This document shows positions 30,691-41,138 of a stretch of 58,263 nt of DNA, in pieces. The stretch lies in the NCBI GenBank assembly GCA_964195545.1, contig CAXMQQ010000035.1:1-58263 (forward strand), in the 5' to 3' direction. This stretch comes from an uncultured Acidimicrobiia bacterium (GTDB lineage: Bacteria; Actinomycetota; Acidimicrobiia; Spongiisociales; UBA5794). Both the position numbers and the translations under genes were made by a program. Numbering within the stretch: position 1 is the stretch's first letter; every line of letters begins with the position of its first letter. Under the pieces are notes generated by a model. The model saw nothing but the letters and a program-made list of their open reading frames with translations. It was not told the origin of the DNA and did no database searches.

Positions 30691-32436
30691 GTGAAGTCCG
30701 TTCTCATCGCAAATCGAGGCGAGATCGCCGTCAGAGTCATTCGCGCCGCTCATGACCTCGGCCTCCGAGCGATCGCCATCTACTCCGAACTCGACCGCGA
30801 CGCCGTGCACGTCGACCTCGCCGACGAGGCATGGAACGTCGGGCCTGCCCCATCGGCCGAGTCATACCTCAACGTGGACCGCATCCTGGAAGTTGCTCGG
30901 GAGTCGAAGGGTGATGCCATCCACCCCGGGTACGGGTTCCGCGCTGAGAACACTGGATTCGCCAGAGCGGTGACCGATGCGGGCTTCACATGGGTCGGTC
31001 CATCTCCCGAAGCGATCGCAACGATGGGCGACAAGATCGCGTCACGAATCGCTGCTGCCGAAGCCGGCGTGTCGGCAGTCCCTGGAACGACCGAGCCGCT
31101 CGCAGACATCGCCGAGGTCAAGGCCTTCGCTACCGAACACGGGTTCCCGATCGTCATCAAGGCAGCTCACGGGGGCGGAGGTAAGGGGCTCAAAGTCGTT
31201 TGGGATGAGGGTGACCTCAAATCAGCGTTCGAAGGTGCAAGACGCGAGGCTGAGGCATGGTTCGCCAGTCCAGAGGTCTACGTCGAGCGCTACCTAGATA
31301 CGCCGCGCCACATCGAAGCCCAGGTCATCTTCGACACCCACGGCAACGGTGTGTTCCTCGGAGAGCGAGACTGCTCACTCCAGCGGCGCCACCAGAAGCT
31401 GGTCGAAGAGACACCGGCTCCCGGCTTTACCGACGAGCAACGGGCCAAACTCGCAGATGCCGCGCTCGCCGTCGGCCGTGCCGCCGGATATGTGAATGCA
31501 GGCACTGTCGAGTTCCTCCTCGACACGAACGGCGACCTCTTCTTCCTCGAGATGAACACGAGAATTCAGGTCGAGCACACCATCACGGAAGAGACGACCG
31601 GCATCGATCTCGTCGTGGAGCAGTTGAGGGTCGCGGCAGGCGAGGTTCTCTCGTTCGACTCAGTCGAGCGGACCGGTCACGCCATCGAATTCCGGATCAA
31701 CGCAGAGGACCCCTCCAGCGGATTCCTCCCCACACCGGGCAAGCTCTCAACGTACCGTGAGCCGGCTGGACCCGGTGTTCGCGTCGACAGTGGCGTCCGC
31801 CAGGGTTCGCACATCTCGCAGTACTACGACAACCTCATCGCCAAGCTCGTCGTCCGGGGGCGAGACCGCGAAGAAGCGATTCGTCGCTCGGTCCGGGCGC
31901 TGACTGAGTTCAAGATCGAGGGGGTTCGAACCACGATCCCCGCCCATCTACAGATTCTCCAGGGCCCGGACTTCCCCGCCGGAAGCATCAACACGCGCAT
32001 CGTTGAAGATTCGATGGACTTCAGCAAACTCGATACGGAATCGTCACCGGCGATACCGGAAGATGAAGAGCTCCAAGAGCGCGATATCACGGTTGAGGTC
32101 GGCGGCCGACGCTTCGAGGTGAAGTACTGGTCGCAGGTGATCGCATCGACGGGTTCGGGACAGCGTCCCGCACCGCGACGCAAAGCACCGAAGCTCACCA
32201 AGGACCAGTCCTCCGGTTCCGGCGAGGGCCTCGTAACCGCGCCGATGCAGGGCACCATCGTGAAGGTTCACCATTCAGCAGGAGAAGCTGTGCGAGCGGG
32301 CGACCCGGTGTGCGTGCTGGAAGCCATGAAGATGGAGAACGAGATCAAGGCGCCCGCCAGCGGCGACATCGTAGATCTCCGGGTCCAGCCCGGCGACACG
32401 GTGACCGCAGGTGCCGTGTTGATGGTGATTCGGTAG
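30691..32436 (+). CDS. Acetyl/propionyl-CoA carboxylase alpha subunit (biotin carboxylase plus BCCP)
   Basis: ANRGEIA, HPGYGF, RDCSLQRRHQK, EMNTRIQVEH, EAMKM; leaderless GTG 7 nt after TAGAAT (alternative ATG 30682). Confidence 0.96.
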   Translation: MKSVLIANRGEIAVRVIRAAHDLGLRAIAIYSELDRDAVHVDLADEAWNVGPAPSAESYLNVDRILEVARESKGDAIHPGYGFRAENTGFARAVTDAGFTWVGPSPEAIATMGDKIASRIAAAEAGVSAVPGTTEPLADIAEVKAFATEHGFPIVIKAAHGGGGKGLKVVWDEGDLKSAFEGARREAEAWFASPEVYVERYLDTPRHIEAQVIFDTHGNGVFLGERDCSLQRRHQKLVEETPAPGFTDEQRAKLADAALAVGRAAGYVNAGTVEFLLDTNGDLFFLEMNTRIQVEHTITEETTGIDLVVEQLRVAAGEVLSFDSVERTGHAIEFRINAEDPSSGFLPTPGKLSTYREPAGPGVRVDSGVRQGSHISQYYDNLIAKLVVRGRDREEAIRRSVRALTEFKIEGVRTTIPAHLQILQGPDFPAGSINTRIVEDSMDFSKLDTESSPAIPEDEELQERDITVEVGGRRFEVKYWSQVIASTGSGQRPAPRRKAPKLTKDQSSGSGEGLVTAPMQGTIVKVHHSAGEAVRAGDPVCVLEAMKMENEIKAPASGDIVDLRVQPGDTVTAGAVLMVIR

Positions 32437-32467
32437 TCGGTATTCCGTAGCCCGTACTCGGGTTTCA
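32430..32467. repeat. Heptamer array at convergent junction, including the stop codon
   Basis: GTAGTCG GTATTCC GTAGCCC GTACTCG. Confidence 0.75.
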
Positions 32468-34021
32468 GGTACCTGGACGGTACCTACCGAAAACATCTGC
32501 CAGAGCGCCTGATATCTCGCCTACGGTTGCTTCGAGCTTCACGGCTTCTCTCATGGAGGGGAGGAGATTCTCGGTGCCGGCGGCAATCTGACGGATAGCT
32601 TCGAGTGCCAACTGGACGGCGTTCTCATCGCGGCGCGCCCGTAGCCGCCCCAGGCGGTCGATCTGTTCGGACTCGATCCGACGGTCGACCCGGAGCACGT
32701 CATGATCCCCCGTCTCGTCGACCTCGAACTGGTTGATGCCGACGATCACGGCATCGCCCGATCCGATTGCTCGTTCGTGGTCGTACGCCGCGTTCTCGAT
32801 CTCACGCTGCTGGAACCCGGACTCGATTCCAGCGACGGCTCCGCCGAGGTTGTCGATCCTCCCGATGAGGTCCATGGCCTCAGCTTCAAGTCGATCGGTG
32901 AGCGACTCGACGAAGTACGAACCGGCGAGCGGATCGATTGCGGAAGCGACACCAGATTCATGGCCAAGTATCTGCTGTGTCCTGAGCGCGATCATCACAG
33001 CCTCCTCTGTAGGAAGACCGAGCGCCTCATCGTACGAGTTCGTGTGCAAAGACTGTGTCCCTCCGAGGACAGCAGCGAGGGCCTGATACGCCGTTCGAAC
33101 GATGTTGTTGAAGGGCTGTTGCGCGGTCAACGTCGATCCCGCGGTCTGTGCATGGAATCGCATTCGCCATGAAGACGGCGCGGTGGCACCGACGCGGTCC
33201 CTCATGAGCCGTGCCCACATGCGACGGGCGGCCCTGAACTTCGCCGCTTCCTCGAAGAGATCGCTGTGGGAGTTCCAGAAGAAGGACAGTCGAGGGGCAA
33301 GAATGTCGACGTCGAGACCGGCTCGCTGTGCCGCTTCTACATAGGCGAGGCCATTCGCGATCGTGAACGCTATCTCCTGAGCGGCAGTCGATCCGGCCTC
33401 GCGAATGTGATAGCCGCTGATGGAGATCGTGTTCCAGTTCGGCAGCGCCGCGGAACAGTACGAGAACACATCGGTGACCAACCGCATCGAAGGTGCCGTC
33501 GGATAAATGTAGGTACCGCGGGCGATGTACTCCTTCAATATGTCGTTCTGAACCGTTCCGCGTACCTGATCGGCCGGCACCCCCTGCTCTTCAGCGACGA
33601 GTTCGTACATCAGCAGGAGTACCGCCGCCGTCGAGTTGATCGTCATCGACGTGGTGACCTCACCGAGGGGGATCCGATCGAAGAGCACCCGCATATCGTC
33701 GATCGAGTCGATCGCAACGCCGACCTTGCCGACCTCTCCTGCAGCCATTTCGTCATCGGAGTCGAGCCCCATCTGCGTCGGAAGGTCGAACGCTACGGAC
33801 AACCCCGTCTGTCCCGCATCGAGGAGTCTCCTGAACCGTTCGTTCGTCGCCAGAGCGCTACCGAAACCGGCGTACTGCCTCATTGTCCAGAGGCGTCCCG
33901 TGTACATCGACGCATAGGGGCCACGGGTATATGGGTAGGACCCGGGCTCTCCCAATTGCTCATCGGGATCCCAGTCGCGCATGTCGTCGGGGCCGAACTC
34001 TGTCCGGTTTGAGTCGTTCAT
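32465..34021 (-). CDS. Methylmalonyl-CoA mutase, substrate-binding large subunit (B12-binding domain separate)
   Basis: [14 protein letters not shown] (Tyr typical of MCM), [26 protein letters not shown]; no DxHxxG domain. Confidence 0.93.
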   Translation of the reverse strand: MNDSNRTEFGPDDMRDWDPDEQLGEPGSYPYTRGPYASMYTGRLWTMRQYAGFGSALATNERFRRLLDAGQTGLSVAFDLPTQMGLDSDDEMAAGEVGKVGVAIDSIDDMRVLFDRIPLGEVTTSMTINSTAAVLLLMYELVAEEQGVPADQVRGTVQNDILKEYIARGTYIYPTAPSMRLVTDVFSYCSAALPNWNTISISGYHIREAGSTAAQEIAFTIANGLAYVEAAQRAGLDVDILAPRLSFFWNSHSDLFEEAAKFRAARRMWARLMRDRVGATAPSSWRMRFHAQTAGSTLTAQQPFNNIVRTAYQALAAVLGGTQSLHTNSYDEALGLPTEEAVMIALRTQQILGHESGVASAIDPLAGSYFVESLTDRLEAEAMDLIGRIDNLGGAVAGIESGFQQREIENAAYDHERAIGSGDAVIVGINQFEVDETGDHDVLRVDRRIESEQIDRLGRLRARRDENAVQLALEAIRQIAAGTENLLPSMREAVKLEATVGEISGALADVFGRYRPGT

Positions 34022-34111
34022 GTTCCTGGGGTCCGGGGTCTATCGGGGGTCTGTTCCTATGCTTTTCGCGAGTTCGATGCTACCTGCGGGAACTCGATCG
34101 CAAGCGGAAGC

Positions 34112-36622
34112 GTGTCATACACGATGGATCCGAACATCCATGAAGCTCACCGGATCGACCGGAAGCGCCGGCGTCTGCCCGGACTGCTCCTCCTCGCGGT
34201 CATCGTAACCATTGGAGCGGCATGGGTGGGCCTGTTCGGCTTCCTCGGGTCGAACGCGGCGCTCGGGACCGTCGAGGACCTTCAGGATCAGTACTTCTGC
34301 GATGTGTCGACCATGGATCTCTCGTTCCCGGACGTCTCCAGCCTGTCGAGCGTGACCACCGCAGACGGAGTCGAGCTCGGGAAGCTCTCGGAACGAAACA
34401 GTCAACCGATCCCGCTTGACGAGATTCCGGATCTCGTGATCGGGGCCCTCCTCTCAGCAGAGGACAAGAGCTTCTACGAACATGAGGGTGTTGACTTCAA
34501 AGCCATCGTACGAGCCGCGATTGGCGGCGGAGAGACCGGCGCTTCAACGATCACCCAGCAGGTCGTGAAACAGACGTACCTCAGTGCTGATCGGACTCTT
34601 GAACGCAAGATCTGCGAAGCTCAGGTTGCCGCCGAGCTCGAGCGCCTGTACACCAAGGACCAGGTCCTCGAGTTCTATGCGAACTCGATCTTCTTCGGAT
34701 CGAACGCATACGGGGTCCAGGCCGCGGCCCAGGAGTATTTCGCGAAGGACCTCGACGAGTTGACCCTCGCCGAAGCGGCGACACTCGTGACCCCGATCAG
34801 GAATCCGACGTTCTATCACCCGAGGCAGAACCCCCAGAACTCGATCGCCGTTCGGAACCAGACCATCGACCGGATGGTGGCCAACGGACTGGCGACCGAG
34901 GAGGAAGCCGAGGCAGCGAAGACCTCCCCACTCGGCATCGTCGCTCATTCAGCTCGTGAAGAGTTGGATCCCCAGGTGATGCTCGCGGTCCGCCAGCAGT
35001 TGCTCGACTCCGACGGATACGGACTCGGGGACTCGTATGAGGAACGCAAACGGGCTCTCTTCGGCTGCCCTGCAGCGGACACAACATGCTCTGGGGGCGG
35101 TGGCCTCCAGATCGACATCACCATCGACTATGACCTCCAGAGCGAGGCCAACCGGGTCCTTCGAGCCTGGTTCCGACCCGAATACGGCGGACCGACGGGC
35201 GCCATCGCCACCGTCGAGAACGCGACCGGGGCGATCAAGGTCATCGCATCCGGCGTCGACTTCGGCAACGACCTCGAAGCCGGACAGCGCCCGTACGACC
35301 TCGCCACGGGAAGCGCGCGCAACGCCGGCTCGGCGTTCAAACCGTTCACGCTCACGGCTGCGCTCGAGAACGGAGATCTCGAGGGTCGACCCGTGACGCT
35401 CTCCTCGTTGTGGGATCGATCGAGTCCCGCCATCATCGACTGCGGATACCCATGTTCCGCCGACGGGAACACATGGACGGTCGAGAACGCCGGGGGCAAT
35501 GCGGGGCACGATCTTCAGTCCCTGGAATCGGCCACCTTCAACTCCACGAACGCGGTCTATGCACGGCTCATCGATGCGATCGGACCCGCCGTCGTTGTGG
35601 ACACGGCCCGGGATCTCGGTATCACGTCGCAGCATCTCAAACCGTTCCATGCGATCACCCTTGGAGCCGCATCGGTCAGTCCGCTCGAGATGGCGTCTGC
35701 GTACTCAACTCTTGCCAACTACGGAAACCGGGTCGAGCCATACCTCATCAGCCGCATCACCGACACGACCGGCACCGTGATCTATGAGCACAAGGTCCAT
35801 CCAGAACGGGTCCTCTCCCGCTCGATCGGTTCGGTTGTGGTGAGCACGCTCGAAAAGGTCGTCTCTCAGGGGACCGGTAGACGCGCCGACATCGGTCGCC
35901 CACAGGCGGGGAAGACCGGAACCGCCACGAATCACACCGATGTGTGGTTCGCTGGTTTCGTTCCCCAACTCACGACAGCGGTCTGGGTCGGATACGCGGA
36001 CCGTCCGCTGCCTATGGAACGGTTCACCATCTGGAACGACGTCGAGGGAACCGAACAGTCGGTGCAGCGGGCCTTCGGTGGCACGGTCGCCGCGCCGGTC
36101 TGGGCGCAGTTCATGGAGTACGCGACCCGCGACCTCCCTGCCATCGACTTCGCTCCCGAGCCGGCCGGTGCAGACGTCTACAGGATCCTTCCGAGGACCG
36201 TGGTGCCCGACCTCACTGGGCTGACTCACGAGGAGATGGCCGATGTCGTCTACGGAGCGGCCCTCCGCCTCGACCGGATCGAAGCACCTTCCTCACTGCC
36301 GGAAGGACAGATCGTCACCATCACCCCCCGGGCAGGTACCGCGGTTCAGCAAGGGACCACGGTCAGCGTCATCGTGTCGAGCGGTGTGCCCGAAGAGGTG
36401 GCAGCCCCGAATCTCGTCGGCCTACCACTGGGCGATGTCAACCCAGCGCTTCGAGAATTCACTGAGGAGACCGGCGTTCAGTTGAGTTGGGCCGTCGAGC
36501 ACGCCACCGTGGCTGAATCACAACTGTGGGGAATCGTCATCAGAACCGATCCGTCCGCTGGTGCGCCCGTTACCACCGGGGACACGATGTACCTGGTCGT
36601 CGGGAGGGAGCCGAGTGGATAG
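34112..36622 (+). CDS. Class A penicillin-binding protein (transglycosylase/transpeptidase with PASTA domains)
   Basis: EDKSFYEH, GASTITQQ, SAFK, STN, KTG; start 34112 or 34124. Confidence 0.95.
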   Translation: MSYTMDPNIHEAHRIDRKRRRLPGLLLLAVIVTIGAAWVGLFGFLGSNAALGTVEDLQDQYFCDVSTMDLSFPDVSSLSSVTTADGVELGKLSERNSQPIPLDEIPDLVIGALLSAEDKSFYEHEGVDFKAIVRAAIGGGETGASTITQQVVKQTYLSADRTLERKICEAQVAAELERLYTKDQVLEFYANSIFFGSNAYGVQAAAQEYFAKDLDELTLAEAATLVTPIRNPTFYHPRQNPQNSIAVRNQTIDRMVANGLATEEEAEAAKTSPLGIVAHSAREELDPQVMLAVRQQLLDSDGYGLGDSYEERKRALFGCPAADTTCSGGGGLQIDITIDYDLQSEANRVLRAWFRPEYGGPTGAIATVENATGAIKVIASGVDFGNDLEAGQRPYDLATGSARNAGSAFKPFTLTAALENGDLEGRPVTLSSLWDRSSPAIIDCGYPCSADGNTWTVENAGGNAGHDLQSLESATFNSTNAVYARLIDAIGPAVVVDTARDLGITSQHLKPFHAITLGAASVSPLEMASAYSTLANYGNRVEPYLISRITDTTGTVIYEHKVHPERVLSRSIGSVVVSTLEKVVSQGTGRRADIGRPQAGKTGTATNHTDVWFAGFVPQLTTAVWVGYADRPLPMERFTIWNDVEGTEQSVQRAFGGTVAAPVWAQFMEYATRDLPAIDFAPEPAGADVYRILPRTVVPDLTGLTHEEMADVVYGAALRLDRIEAPSSLPEGQIVTITPRAGTAVQQGTTVSVIVSSGVPEEVAAPNLVGLPLGDVNPALREFTEETGVQLSWAVEHATVAESQLWGIVIRTDPSAGAPVTTGDTMYLVVGREPSG

Positions 36623-36801
36623 GATCTGCTCGGGGTATTGGTCTGTCGCTGAAGTGGCGGCTGGATGTCTCAGAGGCATCGGCGTCAACTGGCAAGGACA
36701 CACAACGAAGGCGCAGTCGGGACAGCGTCGAGGCGGGAGAGACACGGCGCCCGTTTCTGTGACGGGCCACTAGATTCGTCCGGCCGGGTAGCCTCGATGA
36801 C

Positions 36802-38568
36802 ATGGGTGACGTGCCCCTGGGCAGACTCTGGAACTACGCACGGCCGCATCGCGGCCGCATCGCGACGGCCACCCTCTGGTCGTTTCTCAACACGGCGATG
36901 GACATCGCTCCACCGTTCCTCATCGGGATGGCCATCGATGTTGTTGTTCGCCAAGAAGACTCAATCCTCGCTTCTCTCGGCATCGCCGATCCGCGGTCGC
37001 AGCTGGTCGTTCTCGCCGCCATCACATTCGTGGTGTGGGCCCTCGAGTCACTCTTCGAGTATCTCCACGGTGTGGCGTGGCGCAACCTTGCCCAAACGAT
37101 CCAACACGACCTGCGCGTCGATTCGTACGCTCACATGCAGGACCTGGAGCTCGGCTTCTTCGAGGATCGCCGATCCGGGGATCTCATGGCCGTCCTCAAT
37201 GATGACGTGAACCAACTCGAACGGTTCCTCGACATCGGTGCCAACGAGGTCATCCAGATGTTCACAACGGTGGTCCTGATCGGAGCGGCGTTCTTCATCA
37301 TCGCTCCTTCGGTTGCCTGGCTCGCGTTCCTCCCTGTACCCGTCATCATCTGGGGCTCGTTCAGGTTCCAACGAAGGATCGAGCCCCGATATGAGGTCGT
37401 CAGAGAACAGGCCGCTGCGATCAACTCGCAACTCTCCAACAACCTGGGCGGCATCGCGACGATCAAGGCATTCACCGCCGAAGACCGAGAGGTCGAACGG
37501 ATCACGCTCGAAAGCGACCGCTACCGGACGGCGAATGCCGCAGCCATCAAGCTCTCGTCGGCGTTCTCGCCGCTCATCCGGGTAGCGATCCTCATCGGGT
37601 TCACCGCAACCCTGGTATGGGGTGGCTTCCTCGTCCTCGACGGCGCGCTCAGCGTCGGCTTGTACTCGGTGATGGTGTTCCTCACTCAGCGCCTGTTGTG
37701 GCCGCTCACCCACCTGGGACAGACATTCGACCTCTACCAGCGAGCGATGGCATCTTCCAAGCGGATCTTCCGAGTGCTCGACACCGAACCAAGCGTGATC
37801 GACGGCCCGGACGACCTGGGATCCGTGGTCGGATCGTTCGCCTTCGACTCGGTGGGATTCTCGTACACCGACGGCTACCCGATACTCACCGACATCACGA
37901 TCGAGATCCCGGCCGGTCTCACCACCGCGTTCGTCGGACCGACGGGTTCCGGCAAGACCACGCTCATCAAACTGCTTCTGCGTTTCTATGATCCGAATGT
38001 CGGATCCATCACTCTCGATGGCATCGATCTGCGGCAGCTTCGGCGATACGATATTCGACAAACCATCGCACTGGTCTCCCAGGACGTCTTCCTGTTCCAC
38101 GGATCGGTTGCAGAGAACATCGCGTATGGACGGCCGAATGCAACTGCCGACGATATTCGCGAGGCGGCCCGAACGGCAGAAGCCCACGACTTCATCGAAG
38201 CTTTCCCCTCGAGCTATGAGACGATCGTCGGGGAACGAGGTCAGAAGCTGTCGGGTGGTCAACGGCAGCGGCTCTCGATCGCACGGGCGCTGGTCACCGG
38301 ATCCCCGATCCTCCTTCTGGATGAAGCAACGTCGTCGGTCGACAACGAGACCGAGGCCGCGATCCAACGATCCCTCGCAAGGGTCGCCCATGATCGAACG
38401 GTCGTGGTGATCGCACACCGACTCTCCACCATCCGTCACGCCGACCGTATCTACGTGGTCGGCGACGGGGTCATCGTGGAGTCGGGGACACACGAAGAGC
38501 TGATCGATCATGCCGGGATCTACCGTTCGCTGTGGAAGGTTCAGACCGGCTCAGCGATCGAAGGTTGA
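36802..38568 (+). CDS. ABC transporter fused permease/ATP-binding protein
   Basis: 6-TM domain, [22 protein letters not shown]. Confidence 0.96.
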   Translation: MGDVPLGRLWNYARPHRGRIATATLWSFLNTAMDIAPPFLIGMAIDVVVRQEDSILASLGIADPRSQLVVLAAITFVVWALESLFEYLHGVAWRNLAQTIQHDLRVDSYAHMQDLELGFFEDRRSGDLMAVLNDDVNQLERFLDIGANEVIQMFTTVVLIGAAFFIIAPSVAWLAFLPVPVIIWGSFRFQRRIEPRYEVVREQAAAINSQLSNNLGGIATIKAFTAEDREVERITLESDRYRTANAAAIKLSSAFSPLIRVAILIGFTATLVWGGFLVLDGALSVGLYSVMVFLTQRLLWPLTHLGQTFDLYQRAMASSKRIFRVLDTEPSVIDGPDDLGSVVGSFAFDSVGFSYTDGYPILTDITIEIPAGLTTAFVGPTGSGKTTLIKLLLRFYDPNVGSITLDGIDLRQLRRYDIRQTIALVSQDVFLFHGSVAENIAYGRPNATADDIREAARTAEAHDFIEAFPSSYETIVGERGQKLSGGQRQRLSIARALVTGSPILLLDEATSSVDNETEAAIQRSLARVAHDRTVVVIAHRLSTIRHADRIYVVGDGVIVESGTHEELIDHAGIYRSLWKVQTGSAIEG

Positions 38569-38635
38569 ACCAAACGTTTCGCGACCTTACTCAAGATACT
38601 TGACGCTACCTGATGTTATTTGATATTCGTTAGGT

Positions 38636-39100
38636 ATGACCTCTTCAGTCACGGTGACGTCCGGAGCTGTTCCTCGAAACAGTGCTCGTCCTCCCACCGG
38701 TTCCGGGAACATCGCGCCACCTCCGGGCGTCACCGTTCGTCCCGCCTATCGCCCGACAGTCGCCAGACGAGCGGAGATTCGACCCGTCCCCTGGAACGGG
38801 GCACCAACCGGGTTCCCATCCCACCACCCGTACGTCCGGAAGTTCTGGACTGCGGCCATCGGTCCGGGAGCGGTCGCAGACCTGATGCGTCTTGCCGTCG
38901 CCGCACAACGCGGCCGCTCCCTCCCCATCCCGACAAGCCTCTCCCTTCTCTCGCGAGAAGGTCTGGTCTCGTGGTGTCACGGCAGTCTTCTCACCGGCAT
39001 CTCCGTACCCCCGCTCTCCAAACGCCATCTCCGTCAGATGACACCCACACTGCGTCGGGAACACCAATTGGCTCTGCTCGGCTTGCCAACTGCATCCTGA
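38636..39100 (+). CDS. Conserved hypothetical protein
   Basis: Fills the intergenic space, TTGACG promoter-like hexamer upstream, ordered core GF...PYVRKFW...IGP. Confidence 0.6.
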   Translation: MTSSVTVTSGAVPRNSARPPTGSGNIAPPPGVTVRPAYRPTVARRAEIRPVPWNGAPTGFPSHHPYVRKFWTAAIGPGAVADLMRLAVAAQRGRSLPIPTSLSLLSREGLVSWCHGSLLTGISVPPLSKRHLRQMTPTLRREHQLALLGLPTAS

Positions 39101-39260
39101 GGCTGGGCACCGGGGCGATCCCGTGGTGATCGTCAGTCGCGGTGAGACCGATGACGTCTCCCGTGCGGCGGTCCTCATCGACGGCACGGCAGGTGAGGTG
39201 CTGCCAGATTTCGTGGATCGACTCACCGCTTCACAGCTTCGACGATGTAGCCTCACGAGC

Positions 39261-40319
39261 ATGGATGACAGAACTGCTGAGATCATGCCGGACGACGTCG
39301 TACTCGACTCGTTCGTTGCGATCGTCGATCTTCGTGAAGGCGATTCTCCCACCCACAAGATCGCCGGCTCGGTTCGGATCGACCGCTTGGACCTCGACCG
39401 AATGGAAGAGCTCGCCCCCTCCCCCGACGCCCCGATCCTGCTCTACTGTGGCATCGGAGAGGTCTCGCTCGTCGCCGCACGATCGCTCGCAGAGCGCGGG
39501 TACACCGGTTTCGTGTCCCTGCTCGGCGGCTTCCGACGTTGGCGATCAGAAGAGCGACCCACCGTCACCGCCGACGACGGTGTGACAGACCGCTACGACC
39601 GACACATCAGGCTCGCAGGGTTCGGCCAGGATGGCCAGAACAAGATCACAGCGGCCAGCGTGCTGGTTCTCGGTGCCGGTGGCCTCGGGTCTCCTGTGAT
39701 CCAGTACCTCTCGGCAGCCGGAGTAGGCACGATCACCATCGTTGACGGCGACACCGTGGATTCGACGAACCTCCAGCGACAGGTGCTCTTCGATGAGGCT
39801 GCCATCGGGACGAGGAAGGTAGATGCCGCAGTGGCAAGCGTTCGGGCGCTCAATTCCAACGTGACGGCCGTCCCGGTCGCGACGTGGCTCGACTCGGCGA
39901 ACGCTCTGTATCTGATCAGTGATCACGACGTCGTCGTCGACGCTTCCGACAACTACGCCAGCCGCCTCGCCGTCAACGATGCGGCGGTCGCTCTCGGCAT
40001 CCCATTCATCCACGGAGCGGCGATCAGGTGGGAGGGACTCCTCGCCGGGTTCGATCCGCGCGTTGGCCCGTGCTACCGGTGCCTGTTCCCGAAGCTCCCG
40101 GAGAACGAGACGGCCTGCAGCGACGTCGGCGTGCTCGGAGCCGTGACGGGAGTGATCGGCTCCTTGATGGCGGTCGAGGCGCTCAAGCACATCATCGGAT
40201 CACCCGACCGGCTGGTCGACCGCCTCATCACCTACGATGCCCGATCGGCACGATTCGATTCACTGAGAATCGCGAGATCGACTTCGTGTCCGGCCGGACA
40301 CGAAGTCGGCAGTCGGTAG
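39261..40319 (+). CDS. Rhodanese-ThiF/MoeB family adenylyltransferase
   Basis: N-terminal rhodanese (LYCG..G..S, SLLGGF..W), RYDRH, GAGGLG, NLQRQ, CYRC; leaderless ATG after TAGCCT. Confidence 0.9.
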   Translation: MDDRTAEIMPDDVVLDSFVAIVDLREGDSPTHKIAGSVRIDRLDLDRMEELAPSPDAPILLYCGIGEVSLVAARSLAERGYTGFVSLLGGFRRWRSEERPTVTADDGVTDRYDRHIRLAGFGQDGQNKITAASVLVLGAGGLGSPVIQYLSAAGVGTITIVDGDTVDSTNLQRQVLFDEAAIGTRKVDAAVASVRALNSNVTAVPVATWLDSANALYLISDHDVVVDASDNYASRLAVNDAAVALGIPFIHGAAIRWEGLLAGFDPRVGPCYRCLFPKLPENETACSDVGVLGAVTGVIGSLMAVEALKHIIGSPDRLVDRLITYDARSARFDSLRIARSTSCPAGHEVGSR

Positions 40320-40371
40320 TCGGTATCCGAGGAAGGCATCCTCGTTCACCTCAAGGCTCAGAATTCAGAGC
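40302..40371. repeat. Two heptamer arrays at convergent junction
   Basis: GAAGTCG GCAGTCG GTAGTCG GTATCCG, then TCAAGGC TCAGAAT TCAGAGC. Confidence 0.75.
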
Positions 40372-40375
40372 TCTG

Positions 40376-41068
40376 TCAGTCGGCGATCGGGAGATGCAGG
40401 GCTCGGCCGCTCCGTACGACCGGCTCTACGGGTGAGGGGGTCGGCGTCGGGATTGCTGCGCTTGCCTCGACGGCTGGCGTCACCGGTGCGGGTGCGACGC
40501 TCGTGGTCGTCACCTTCGGTGTTGGGGCAGCGGTCGTCGTGGTCGTCGCGGGTGCCGGAGCGGGTGTGGGGGCGACGGTTGTCGGAGGCGGGGCCGTCGT
40601 CGTGGTGGTCGTCGTGGTCGGCGCGGGTGCCGGAGCGCCCTTGCGCATGAAGATGACCGTCACCCAGAGCTGACCGCTGTCGCTCTGCGAAACGCCGATC
40701 CCTACGTAGTTGTAGTCGCCGAGGATGTTGCGGCGGTGTCCGGACGAAGCCATGAAGGCGGTGTGGAGGCTGTCGACCGAGGGACCGGCGCCGACGTTCT
40801 CGGCCAGAGCTTCCCACCCGGATGCGACGGCGCTCAGCGGACTCGTGTGATAGATCTTGCCCGCTGCCATCATCTCGGCGCTGTGTGCCCTTGCATCAGG
40901 AACGAGGTCTGAATGCACGCTGACCGGTGCCAATCCTGCAGCGGCTCTCGAAGCGTTGATCTTCGAAAGGAACGCTCCCTCGGTCCCGGCTTGTGCAGGA
41001 AGGGCCAATCCGACCGTCATCACCAAGAGGGCAACGACGATTATGGAGATCTTGCGAGTGTTGCGCAT
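40376..41068 (-). CDS. Secreted CAP (SCP) domain protein with Pro/Thr-rich tail
   Basis: Signal peptide, ARAHS..M, ENV, FMASSGHRRNIL; SD GGGAGG. Confidence 0.92.
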   Translation of the reverse strand: MRNTRKISIIVVALLVMTVGLALPAQAGTEGAFLSKINASRAAAGLAPVSVHSDLVPDARAHSAEMMAAGKIYHTSPLSAVASGWEALAENVGAGPSVDSLHTAFMASSGHRRNILGDYNYVGIGVSQSDSGQLWVTVIFMRKGAPAPAPTTTTTTTTAPPPTTVAPTPAPAPATTTTTAAPTPKVTTTSVAPAPVTPAVEASAAIPTPTPSPVEPVVRSGRALHLPIAD

Positions 41069-41138
41069 GGGTCCTCCCGAACACACAGAGCATTTGAGTA
41101 ACTACTCTGTGTATCGGAGGGACCCGGGGAGTGCTTTA
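41069..41138 (-). promoter_or_regulatory. Long inverted repeat overlapping a sigma-28/WhiG-like promoter and the CAP gene SD
   Basis: GGGTCC CTCCGA TACACAGAGTA / TGCTCTGTGTG TTCGGGAG GACCC; TAAA-N16-TCCGATAC. Confidence 0.55.

Noticed and set aside
32465-34021. Isobutyryl-CoA mutase assignment
   Set aside because: The specificity residues are Tyr (RQYAGF) and Arg (YIARG), as in methylmalonyl-CoA mutase.
34028-34052. GGGGTCY triplet upstream of the mutase gene
   Set aside because: Only three short copies with broken periodicity; too weak to call an operator or heptamer array.
40480-40640. GTC/GTG-rich repeats in the CAP gene
   Set aside because: They simply encode a Pro/Thr-rich linker.
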